From Podarcis bocagei (Eukaryota): a stretch of DNA of 64,000 nucleotides. A program made the translations under genes and the position numbers. Of this stretch, positions 50,176-61,775 are shown piece after piece (the stretch's first letter is position 1; each line of letters starts with the position of its first letter). The DNA is taken from assembly GCA_964188305.1 (NCBI GenBank), contig OZ076893.1; one strand, written 5' to 3'. The notes below the pieces were generated by a model. That model had not been told where the DNA came from. It searched no databases and was given only the letters and a program-made list of their open reading frames with translations.

Positions 50176-50448
50176 TCTAAATATGAAAAGGGTGGTACTT
50201 AAAATTAATAGGAAAAGCATTTCACTGAAACTCCTTCAATGTAGAGAAAGACACTGCTCTTGGAAAAGCTGGAACAGTGACTACTAGGGTTGCTGCTAAG
50301 CTTTTCCATGTGTCCCAAGAATCTGGGTTAGTGCTGGTCCTAGACCGATATAACTACAATGTCTGCAAGAAGAGAGCATGTATACCATCTATCAACTCCA
50401 GCCATCAACTGAAGACATTGAGAAGAGACTGGAACAAACTTTCCTTAC

Positions 50449-50610
50449 CTACTGCTGCATTTGTTCCACCAACAGTTATATCATTTTCATCATCAAATTC
50501 TATTCTGACACCCTTTCCATTGCCAGCCGATACACCGCAACCTCCGCTTCGGCAGAGAGAGATAGGAACTACTCCGTACACATAGGCCAACATAATCGGG
50601 ACACCAATTC
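50449..50610 (-). CDS. RNF19A: RNF19A coding exon 6
   Basis: [44 protein letters not shown]. Confidence 0.96.
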
Positions 50611-50665
50611 CTGCAATGAAAATGTAGAACACTATAATCAGTACAGAGTTGTCATGTTGTGTGGT

Positions 50666-50672
50666 ATCTCTA

Positions 50673-50714
<42 letters not shown>

Positions 50715-50752
50715 ACACACACACACACATACACACACGAGAGAGAGAGAGA
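50666..50752. repeat. Compound microsatellite (TCTG)n(TC)n(AC)n(AG)n
   Basis: Visible directly in the sequence. Confidence 0.95.
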
Positions 50753-51337
50753 TCACTATATATATCATTATATAATTTAATAGGCTATCACAAAAAGTGG
50801 CAAAGAAAAGAAAAGCTGAATTACTACTATAAATGAAAAAGACATCCCTCTCAGTCCTATAAACACCTCCTGATGCCAGGAGTTTCTATGTGGCACTGAG
50901 ATCCTCTGCTTCTAATGCCTCTCCCATTCGTTTCAACTGATGAATCAGGTCTGTATGTACACAGTTTTGTACCACTGGGTGTGGTTCTTCCCTTGGAATT
51001 GATGGGGCTTGACCCCAGGGCTCACACACATATCTGAGCACACACAGGTATATTGTACTGAGGCCCTGGTTTTCAGAGAGAATCTTACCAAACCTACAAT
51101 AATTGGGAAGAGTGATTAGGCACAGGGATTGTTTCAGCTCCACATACTTTTATAAGCTAGTAATCCATTCTTGAAAAATAGGGTTCAGAGCTGTAAAATG
51201 AATGCCTAGCAGCATCGATAATATCAATTCTTTGTGCCCCACCTTTACAGCAAAGTGTAAACAAAGCTTTTTATAAATCAGTACAAATAACTAATTCTGA
51301 AAGGGTTTTCCTGATTTTTACCTCCACCTTTACTTAC

Positions 51338-51452
51338 CAACAGTTACTGCAGCTACAACTGGTGAAACAATTACAGACAAGGTTACGCCACCTGCAATGG
51401 CCAAGTTCCTCTTGTGCTTTGAAATGTCTTTACCTTCATAGCGATTGTGAAT
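51338..51452 (-). CDS. RNF19A: RNF19A coding exon 5
   Basis: [38 protein letters not shown]. Confidence 0.96.
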
Positions 51453-51513
51453 CTTTAAGAAAAAGAGCATTTTAGAATGCACTGCACATCACAAAACTGA
51501 GAAGTATTTCCTG

Positions 51514-51551
51514 CATGTGTGCGCGCGCACACACACACACACACACACACA
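51514..51551. repeat. Alternating purine-pyrimidine tract (TG)(CG)(CA)n
   Basis: CATGTGTGCGCGCGCACACAC... Confidence 0.9.
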
Positions 51552-51873
51552 TTATTTTGAGCTGCCTTTTCTTAAATGAAGCGTCTTAATGCCACAGATT
51601 TATAGACAGAAACTGTTTGCAAATATTACTAGCTTATTTAATTCTATGCTGCTGCATACTTTTTTAAAAAAAGTGTGTTTTTAAAAAAATTACACTTTTT
51701 TCCTGGTTCTAGATACATTTCTTTATGTAAGTTGACTAAAGGCAGTCTCTCTCTCTATATATATATATTACTACAATATCTTAAAGCACATGTTGCTGTG
51801 TGAACAAGTCTTAAACATGTGCACAAAAGTATCCAAGTCCTATGTAACTGAACTAAACACACAGTCACCTTAC

Positions 51874-52036
51874 CTTACGTCCAACATATACAGGTATTCC
51901 GATAATCATAGCTGGAATAGCAATGCCTGCTATTAAGGCGATTCCCACAGGTGCTCCCACAAGCGTCCCTAGTTGCCACAGTATTTTCTTCTTCCGACTC
52001 CATGGTTTTTTCCCCCAGAATGTACAACCTGATGGA
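51874..52036 (-). CDS. RNF19A: RNF19A coding exon 4
   Basis: [54 protein letters not shown]. Confidence 0.96.
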
Positions 52037-52944
52037 CTATTTGAAGAAATTTTCCATAAGTAAGGCGAACTTATGACTCTCAGTGAATAGTCTTAACTAA
52101 CCATCAGTTTTATAATAACATTCTCTAACAGAGAGAGCAAGAATACTTGAATCTGCAATCCTGCTAAAAGTGTTAAGGTAATGTAACGTTTCAGGTTGTG
52201 GAGAAAGTAATCTGAAACTAATATAGTACCAGACCAGCAGTACAACATTTATATCCAGTGCATTTTCTTTTTGGTTCCATCAGATCATGGCTCTTCCCAG
52301 GGCTGATGCTAAAATGTGCAACTCAGGATTTGGAACAAAGTTTCTCCACCTACATTTTAAATGAACCTCTTTACTATGAATGGGGAAAATTTACCTTCCT
52401 CAAATTTAACTGAAACATCTGACAAGTTTTGTCTTTCTCTAGGAATTGTGTGTTTTACTTAGGCAAAAGCTCTAAGGCCTGATGATGAAGTGTTATGGCA
52501 GCAGCTGCCCCACTTGTTCTGAACACAACTAGACACAATAACAAACAGAATGTCCTCTTTGCAAAAGGCTTCTCCAAGCATGTAGGACATATGATGGGAG
52601 GCAGGGATTGTTGCGATAGAGTTGATTCCATTGCTATCTTTCCTAGTGAAATTTACTGCAGGAAGTCCATTTTCTAATCTCCCACAGTAAGTCCTGGGGT
52701 TTCCCCGTCACTTTATCATATTCTGAAGAGAGCTTCAGTGTGCACCAAGTTATAGAAAGCAGGGCACTTCCTGTAGTTGACACCCATGCAATGGAAAGTC
52801 CTGCCTTATCTACTGTCAGTAAACTCCCCCTCAAACCAGTTTTATATATATAAAAAATCTAACCAGGTATGAAAATAGAATTCCACCTCAAACTAAAGAC
52901 TACATCAAATGTGCATGATCAAAACAAATGTCACTTGTTCCTTT

Positions 52945-52998
52945 ATTCATTCACTCACTCACTCACTCACTCACTCACTCACTCACTCATTCATTCAT
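52945..52998. repeat. (TCAC)n/(TCAT)n microsatellite
   Basis: Visible directly in the sequence. Confidence 0.95.
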
Positions 52999-53080
52999 TT
53001 TAAAGGATTTATAGCCTAGCCTGCTGTTAATTAGTGGGGTACAACATGAAGTGAGGTACATGAACTCTTTCAATACATAC

Positions 53081-53225
53081 CTTAAATAATGCAAGTCTGA
53101 AATCTCCTTCATGCATAGCCAACAGAATTCACATCCACAGACCGCACATGTCATATGATTGCAGCTTCCATCATTCATCTTTATTATATAAGCAGCACAG
53201 CGTGGGCATGGCTTTATGTCATCAG
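53081..53225 (-). CDS. RNF19A: RNF19A coding exon 3 (RING2)
   Basis: [47 protein letters not shown]. Confidence 0.97.
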
Positions 53226-54155
53226 CTGTTTAAAAAGAAACCCAATGAAACCATGCTGCTTATGAGAACAACCAACACTGAAAATCATGTCTGGAAATGT
53301 TTGTAAATTTTAACTGGTTGCAACCAATTCCAAGTTCAGCCTAACTTATTAAAGAATTAACCTAAAGGGAGAAAAATTTAACTGGAGGACCGGGAGATCT
53401 GTGGATGCATACAAAATTAATAAATAATAACAGGTACATGCAGGTACCCTTTACGCGATTTTTGTGCAATGAGCTAGCTCGGTTGCTTCAGCCTGTCGTT
53501 CGCAGTCAGCAAGGAAAGTCAGTGCTGTTTGGACACCTGGGATCCAAAAGAACTTCTGTTTTCTTCTCCCTTTTAGTGAATTATTCCTGCATCTGTCTTA
53601 TTTAGAGTAGTCCTTGGAATCTCCATAGTTTGCCCCCTTTTCCCATGGCAACCAGGATACATATATCCTATGGATAGTTCATTTGCGATAAGGTACTCTC
53701 TAGAAGTTATTTTCTGCAACTACTACTACACAGTAAGCATGGGTGGAAGCTAAATAATCCCTTTTCTATATGGCAAATGCAAAACATGAACACTTGGGAA
53801 AGTGGCTTAGGCGTGTCTCTTGCAGTGTAGGAGCACTCTAGGCACTCATTAAGAATTCAATGTATACTTAACTTACAGTTCAACAATACCCATACCCCCT
53901 TCAGAAGTAGTTTCTGTGCTTAATGGGACTTACTCCCAGGTAAGTGGGTACAAAATAGCAGCCTTGGCTTTGGTTTAGAATTGACGCTGGGGGAAATGGG
54001 GGTTTTGTGCCTTTAACAGTTGCATCTCCACAAGACCAGCAGGACACAGATCTTCCCATGATAAACATAAGGTTGAGGAGGCTGACCATGTTCTCTTATT
54101 TTGTGTTATACCATGTTCCTATGGCAGCCATTTTGTGGCAAAACATGTTCACTGG

Positions 54156-54285
54156 CATGGGTGTAGCCAGGATTTTCCTTAGGAGGGGCAGGCCTTTTGT
54201 TAGGGAGGCAGAACCTCAGTTAGCTATGTATTTTTATTTACGGGGGGCAGCTGTCCCTCCCTGCCCCCCCCCGGCTATGCCCATG
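54156..54285. mobile_element. hAT-like MITE
   Basis: CATGGGTGTAGCC / GGCTATGCCCATG; imperfect 8-bp TSD TTCACTGG/TCTACTGG. Confidence 0.7.
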
Positions 54286-55134
54286 TCTACTGGTCCCAAA
54301 AGGTTAGCAACCCCTGCTCTAAGTCAACATCTGTGACTCAGTATAACAAAGAAGCACCTGGGTCAGATGTTCTGACTATCCATATCCAAATAAAAATACA
54401 ACAGAGAGTACAGTGAAGTTTTTCACTCTAAATCAAGTCAGTAATTATACTCTAAAGCGATGCCAACTCCTTCCCCTTGCCCAAGATTCTGATGAGGTTT
54501 CTGGCTGTCCAGTGTGAAATAAGTTCACTGACAAAGCAAGGCATTATATGCAGTCAGTCCTCTTGCACAGGTTACCAAGGAGCTTATCATAGGTAAGTCA
54601 ACAGATAGCCTGTTTTCACTTCATATTGTATAAATCTTTTGCCTTTAAAACAGGTGGGTAGGCAATGGTTATCAGCTGCAGAAGTGTAAGCACAAGGGCA
54701 GTTTTTTTGAAATAAAAAAAATCTAGTATAGTAAGCTCTGTCCTTCACTTTGTACTTAAGTCATTGCTTATATTTTGAAGGCCTCCCCAAAAGTAATCAT
54801 AAAAACAAAATAATTCATGAATGGAATCTCAAACCAAGGCAATCATGAAAATGTCTAGTTTCACTGCACTGTGATCTTTGGATGAAGTATGGTAAAGAAA
54901 TTTAATAAATAATAACAACAACAACGATATTGGTTAACCTCTATTAAGTCAACCATTATCAGTCGACTTTTGGATCATCTGTTTATGAAAGTTTGCACCA
55001 TTTGCATAATGCTAAAATAAGGGCTACTGGACTCAGCTCTCCTTTCTTAATAAACATCAATAATCAGTGAACAAAACAGTTATCTGATAGTTTAAAATGT
55101 TTTAAAGACACCTAGTATTTCAGTTAATAAATAC

Positions 55135-55343
55135 CTGCTGCTCCAGACTCCTGGCTGTAGCTAATGGACGAAGAACGAATTGTTCGCAAGCGTAGGCTCT
55201 GGGCTCTCTCCTGGCGAGCAGCATCACAAGTCTGGTTGGGATGCCAAATTTGTTTACAATGATAGCAAAATTCAGTTCCACAGCCTTCACGTCCACATGT
55301 AAGTTTAGGACAGCTTGCACACCCAAAAGCGATTACAGCATAC
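55135..55343 (-). CDS. RNF19A: RNF19A coding exon 2 (IBR)
   Basis: [44 protein letters not shown]...QESGAA. Confidence 0.97.
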
Positions 55344-57652
55344 CTTAAAATGTTCAATAATAAGTAGGGGGAAGATTGTTATTCTCAGTACTGCACAGTG
55401 GCAAGAAGAAAAGCTGACTTTCGGGGATAAATTAAGAAATATCCCTTATTCTGAAAACAAAGCTCCATTGTCATTGTGATCTAGCTAACAAAACTCTGAA
55501 GATCTGAACCTAACAATCTAAGTCCTTGTATTTCACTCTCTGTGTAGCATGTACTCTTTGATCTAAGTCTCAAGTTTAACAATGAGAATGGTACATTCCA
55601 GATTCCCACATTTCTAAATGCTTGGTGCTGACCTCAAGCCATCTATAATAATTGTGTTATTTTTTAAGGTCTTTCAAAGTTGCACACATTTTAGTGGTTA
55701 AGAGTTAGCCCAAATAAACTATGTAATTGCAGTTGCTTGTGTTCAGTGAAGCCCACAGTAGACACTACAAATGACAAATAAGCAATCAATAGGTCTAATC
55801 TTAAATTCCCCAAATCACCTCATCAAACTAAGGCAAAAAGGAGTACCCACCAGTTGCTTGCAGCCATTTTATATAGTAACTTGAGTTGTGAGAATAAAAT
55901 TAGTTATTCTCAAAACCTCTTAAAGCCAAACTATAGGGAACTACTATCCTCAAAAGCAACAAAAGGTCAATGTTGTGTAGCGTGAACTAATATAACTTTA
56001 AAAAAAAACTACTTCCAATCCTGTGACTTGTCTGCTATATAAAATACGACATAAGGACCATCTCAGGCTTCCTCATCATCACTGTGGCAGCCAATGACTG
56101 GAACAGAAGATCCCACTAAAATGCAGTCTCTGATCCTGCATTCAAAATGTTATCTCCTGGTTCACCCTTTATGTTCCCTCCATGGTGTGGAAGCATTGGG
56201 AGGAATGTGGAAGCCCAAGGTTTGCTCTGAATTTCACAATCTGCAAAATCCCAGGGGCCCAGGTCCAGCTGAAAACAAGCTTAGAGTCAAATAATATTTC
56301 TGAGAACACAAAGTTGATGGTAATCTTAATTTTCATATTCCAACCCAACAATTATCAGAGAGAAGTGGGACACATTGTATCAAACAGACATAGTGCATAT
56401 GTGGCAGAAAATCAGTGAGCACTGGAGAGTTAACAGCGTCTCTTATAATACACAAGAGGTTTGACTCTGAAATTAAGCTGTTAATCCCAGCTTTTCCCCA
56501 TGAACATTCTCTAATCAATAATAGTAATGCAATAATGCCATTTGTAGAAGGGAAGGCATGTTCAATAGACCAACAGGGATTCTGACCCCTTTTGTGTAGA
56601 AATAGGGGCTTTGCTGGCAGAATCAGAGAACAGAGGTATAAAACATTAGGCGTCTGCATTTCAGTCTTCTCACATGCTTAGAAACTAATCCTCAGTATCT
56701 AGAAGCATCAAGCCTCAGGCTGTTTGAAGATATATGGGGGGGGGGGAGAAGAAGAGAGAGGAGGAGGGACAGCGACACTTTTGTACTATAGGCTACATTG
56801 CAGCTACACAAATACTTCAGGATTCCACAGACACACACACATACCCCATCCTCCAGCTAGGCAACAGCAATCAAGGAGGATGCAGAGCAGGGCTGATGAA
56901 AACTAACTTGGAGAGGAGGCATAGCCTAGGGAGAGTCCCAAGGGCTAGTGGGAGAGGTCTGTGGGGCTGTGTCATTCCCAGATTCAACATACTAAGCAAC
57001 AGCACAGCACAACAACAATGGGGAGGAGCAAAGTTCTCTGATCTTTGCCCTGGGAGCCTGTGCAATTGTGCCAAGCCATGGTTTGGCTTAGCATGACATA
57101 TGAAGCAGGCCACTCACAGAACTTGCTAGTCAACAAAAGAGAACTGATGTACTGTATATTAAAAATCAGCACACTTCTGGGCGCAGACTGTTTATATCAG
57201 GAGGGAACCTCAGGTGTAGGAGCTAAATGCAGGCCTCCAAGCATTTCTATCTGACACTTGGGACTAAGCCCAGCTCATGCCTCCTTCCCAGACTACACCA
57301 GCCCTACTCTATGCCTACCTTGATACCTTTTGGCAGGCTGGTTTTTGTGTGGTTGGAATGTAGCTGACCTCAAAGAAGTAAGAGTCATCCATAGCCACAC
57401 CCATGTTTTGTCTCTGGCCTACCAATTACATGCTTCCCTCAGAAGGTCACCGTATAGTGGCCCTCAGTATGCAAAATGCTCCCCATCCCTGGTTTATATT
57501 ATTGCTTTATTTGTCATCTAATATCTTGCTTTATATCTTAAAATATTTTTAGACTGGGCAGTTTTTGTTTTTAATGCATGTATTGTCTTTTTGGCATTCC
57601 TCTTTCAAGAAGGAAAGTGGATATTTTTATCCCAATCTGTATTGGATATGTA

Positions 57653-58347
57653 CCGTATTTTTCGCTCTATAGGACGCACTTTTCCCCCTCCAAAAATGAA
57701 GGGGGAAAGTGTATGGGTCCTATGGAGCGAATGCAGGCTTTCGCTGAAGCCTGGAGAGCGAGAGGGGTCGGTGCGCACCGACCCCTCTCGCGTTCCAGGC
57801 TTCAGGAAGCTATCCGCAAGCCTGCGGAGCCCAGCGGGAACTCCCGCCGGGCTCTGCAGGCTTGCGGATAGCTGCCTGCAGCCCGAAGCCCGGGGAGCGC
57901 GGCGCTGTGCACCCCGGGCTTCTGGCAGCTCTCCGCAAGCCTGCGGAGTCCAGCGGGAGTTCCCACCAGGCTCCGCAGGCTTGCAGACAGCTGCCTGCAG
58001 CCCAAAGCCCGGGGAGCGTGGCGCTGTGCACCCCGGGCTTCGGGCAGCTCTCCGCAAGCCTGCGGAACCCGGCGGGAGTTCCCGCCGGGCTCTAAAGGCT
58101 TGCGGATAGCAGCTTGCTGTCCCCGAAGGCACCCCGCCGCCCTGCGGAGGCTACAAAGGATGTCCCCGAAGTCTCAAGCCTTTGGAGTGCAGCTGCGCCA
58201 CAAGCTCGGGGGCAGCGGCAAGGCCTGCTCTTGAACGCACCTTGTTTTTGAGGGGGAGAACAAGAAAAAAAATCCCCCCCTATTCGCCCCCTCCTATGGT
58301 CCAGTGCGTCCTATGGTCCGGTGCGTCTAATAGAGCGAAGTATACGG
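57653..58347. mobile_element. Tc2/pogo-like MITE with 119-bp palindromic tandem array
   Basis: TIR CCGTAT..TTCGCTCTAT.GACGCAC; TA flanks; units at 57808, 57927, 58046. Confidence 0.88.
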
Positions 58348-59594
58348 TAATTGTTCTTATACGTGTCAGTGTTTTATATATGTTTTTATTGTATTATGAA
58401 ATAGCATTGAGATGTTTCACAGGAAGTGGCTTAATAATAATAACAACAATAATGATGCAGAGCCCTTTAATTACAGGTTTGACCAGAGTGACATGCAATC
58501 CAGCCATGCAAAAGCAGCTCCCTCACCACTCTTGTAACACATGAATCATCTCTAACAAAGGAATCTATATGCAAGGTCACTGAGAAGTAAATCCAAGTGT
58601 GTTCAAATGAAGCTAACTACCAGAAAAGTGTATGTAAGATTGAAGCCCCAACCTAGGGCACAAAACTGAATCTGAACATTACACAGGACTCAGTAGATTA
58701 AAAAAATAAAATAAAAGGTACAATCAACAAAAAATCATTTAAAATGAAAAGTCACTCAAATAAATCCATAGCACTGTGAATCAAGGAAAGGGGTGGTGAA
58801 CCAAAACCTATTGTATTGTACTGATTAAATAATCAGGTAACTGGTTCCATGGTCAATCAATTCTATTTCTCAAGGAGTTCCTCTTACTGTTTAACCAAAA
58901 TCTAGCCTCCTATAATTTTAGTATTTTCTTGAAGGTGTGTAGTCTTCTCTTGGAACATGTTCCAACACATGGTTTGGAATCTATATGTTTCCAAGTTCAT
59001 AAATGCTGTAGTGGGGCAGAGGAGGACATTCAAAATAGCTACAACATTGTCCAGAAAACTGGCAACATCTCAAATTAAAAGAATTTTATGCTCCATACTT
59101 TTGGTCTAGGATTGGACTGATAAGAACAAGATGCTAAGCGCAAAGCAAGAAAAGCAAACCATACTTCTGCAATGTTTCTTTCTAAATAGGACCACAATCT
59201 AAATTTGATTCAAAGCCAATACTGGAGAACATGCAATTACTGTCATTTGAACTACTGAAGAACTGAAAAAAAAAGTTATTCAGTCAATCAATAGATATTT
59301 AGAAATTACTATCCAACATATGCAGAAGTGAAAAAACATACTCATCTGTTATTCTCCATGGAAAACCAATTACTTCCCTACTACCAGCTCATTTTCCATG
59401 CTATTTTATTTACAACATCACTATACTTTTTCTCACCAGCCACCTGTTCCTAGCTACACACAGTCTTCTTGCTAACATGATAATGCAGCACTTCAGGTCA
59501 CAGAATAGGTATATACTTTTAATGTAAAAAGTGCTTGGCTTAATGACTTCATGGATACTAATGCCATGTATACGATAAACACAAATGCGTAAAT

Positions 59595-59944
59595 TGGTCT
59601 AAACCACAGAGCCAAGGGCTTGCCGATCAGAAGGTCGGCGGTTCGAATCCCTGCGACAGGGTGAGCTCCCGTTGTTCAGCCCCTGCTCCTGCCAACCTAG
59701 CAGTTCGAAAGCACGTCAAAGTGCAAGTAAATAAATAGGTACCGCTCTGGCAGGAAGGTAAACGGCATTTCTGTGCACTGCTTTGGTTTGCCTGAAGTGG
59801 CTTAGTCATGCTGGCCACATGACCAGGAAGCTGTCTGTGGACAAACGCCGGCTCCCTCGGCTAGTAAAGCGAGATGAGCACCGCAACCCCAGAGTCGTCC
59901 GCGACTGGACTTAACAGTCAGGAGTCCCTTTACTTTTACATTTA
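59595..59944 (+). mobile_element. Sauria SINE, near full length
   Basis: tRNA-like head GGTCGGCGGTTCGAATCCC, typical body and CCTTTA-like tail. Confidence 0.9.
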
Positions 59945-61179
59945 AGCTGAAATCAGCAGAGGAGGACGTGGCATACTGTTGTGTAAATTTTGTGTAGGAA
60001 GGTTTGTATGATTTAAGGTAAGGCAAGTTCAGGGGGGAGTGAAAGATGGATGGAATGTTTGTGTGTGTTGTGTGCTGAATGACAGGGTAGCTTATGGCAG
60101 AATAGGTATGTGTCTGGAGAGTGACAGTTGGGTTTTTGGGGGAAGTGAGAGTAGCTGGTGTGGGTGCTGAGGAGTAAGGGGTAGAGTAGGTTGGATAGGA
60201 TACAGTTAGGAATAGAGGTATAAGCACGTGTTAAAATATTTAAAAAATAACACCGTTGTTAAAGCAAATCCCATAAAAACCTGTTATATTCAGCGTTTAC
60301 TATACTAATGAAGTTTTGTTTGTTCCAATCACGTTTCATATTTGACCAAGCTATCACAGCTATGACAAAATAAGTCAGAGATAGGTGTTTATATGGTAGC
60401 AGCAGAATAACAGCAGTTAGGAGATTGCTTGAAGTTTTGAGAACCCAGAGCTGGGAACCGAACAAGGCAACCGAAGGTGGGGAAAGTGGTGAGAGGAGCT
60501 TTACCAAGCAAAACAGTGATTAGAATGAAAAGTACCCTCTTGCTCCTCCCAAGTAGTGGGCTTGGAAAGGGAAGAATATGACAAAGGGTACACTTGTTCT
60601 GGCTTAATGATGACAATCAAATGTGTTTCCTTGAATATTAAAACATTTGCAGCTTAGGAAAAAGTATTCTGGCATCAAGCAGCTACAACAAACTGGTTTA
60701 TGCTCTCTTATACTGAATTTCTACTGGCAGCCAATATTTGGGGTTTCTGGCATTAAAACTGCCAATGCCAGGATGTGTAACTACAAAGTTAACTTCTTTA
60801 TTTTATAAAAAACTTTCACAATTTACACTCAAGAAACTGCTAGGTTTCTTTTCAAAGTGTATTAAAATATTTCTATTTTATTTTAAAGGAACTAAAGTCA
60901 CTCCTTTAAACACTCTACAGTGTGAAATAACAGCGTTTACCAGAATAAATCTGCCTGTCTGTTCTTTTACTTTGTCTCATCTATGCCATGAAACAATAAG
61001 GACTACTTAGCACAACCTGAGCAATATGAGGGAGGCACAAAACTTCAAATGTTAAAATAGTTACAAATTAGTAGACAATTAGAGCAATTTAATGAACTGA
61101 ATAATATATTTCAGGATGACGACAAGATCCATGTGCTTCATTAGAATGGGTAGGAAGGGGAGTGGAGATAATAACTTAC

Positions 61180-61775
61180 CCACAATCAGGAGCAGGACAC
61201 CACCTACAATCAGGGTCTGCCACAAGCCATCTTCTAAGCATAAATTCTTCATATTTTTCCATCAATATGTCATCATTTAATATCAATCGAATATCATGGG
61301 GATTGAATCGCTCAGAGCACTCTGGACAGCTGATATTAACTCTGCTCTCAGAGATTTCTATCCGGAGATACTGACGTAAGCAATCCACACAAGATCTATG
61401 GTGACAAGTCATTATTTCCGGAAACCTCTCCTTGGAGTGTCGCAAAAGGCACAAGGGACACTCCATGAAGTCTCCGCTCTGTTTGCTGATGATGGTTGTT
61501 CCATTGTCAGAAGACGTATAGGCAGAGAAAATAGAGTTCTTGTCCATACACATTTCCGAATGTATGCTTTCAATACTTGCAATGCCATCCACACCTCCGT
61601 TTATATCTCTGGACTTGCGTTTTGTATCCCTTTTTCTTCGAAAGAGAGACCCCAGTGAAATCCTTCTTTTCTTTGGTGCCTTTTTAATTGAAGGCAAGCT
61701 TACAGAGGAGGCAGAAGATTGCAAGTCTCTATCAGATCCCATTTGCCGATGTAAACTCATGGCTAAAACATTCAT
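61180..61775 (-). CDS. RNF19A: RNF19A first coding exon (RING1); start at ATG 61775 or at the conserved MSLHRQ ATG 61760
   Basis: [24 protein letters not shown]...ECPLCLLRH...CPAPDCG; acceptor at 61961, in-frame upstream TGA at 61809-61811. Confidence 0.95.

Noticed and set aside
53639-53653. X-box-like TTTCCCATGGCAAC in an RNF19A intron
   Set aside because: Only one good half-site and no promoter context.
57578-58132. 172/175-aa ORFs on both strands and a regularly spaced palindromic array resembling CRISPR or REP repeats
   Set aside because: The units are near-identical tandem repeats without unique spacers, inside a TA-flanked MITE in vertebrate DNA; no cas genes.
59945-60235. Possible NUMT
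   Set aside because: Composition fits, but I recognise no mitochondrial protein, rRNA or tRNA in any frame.
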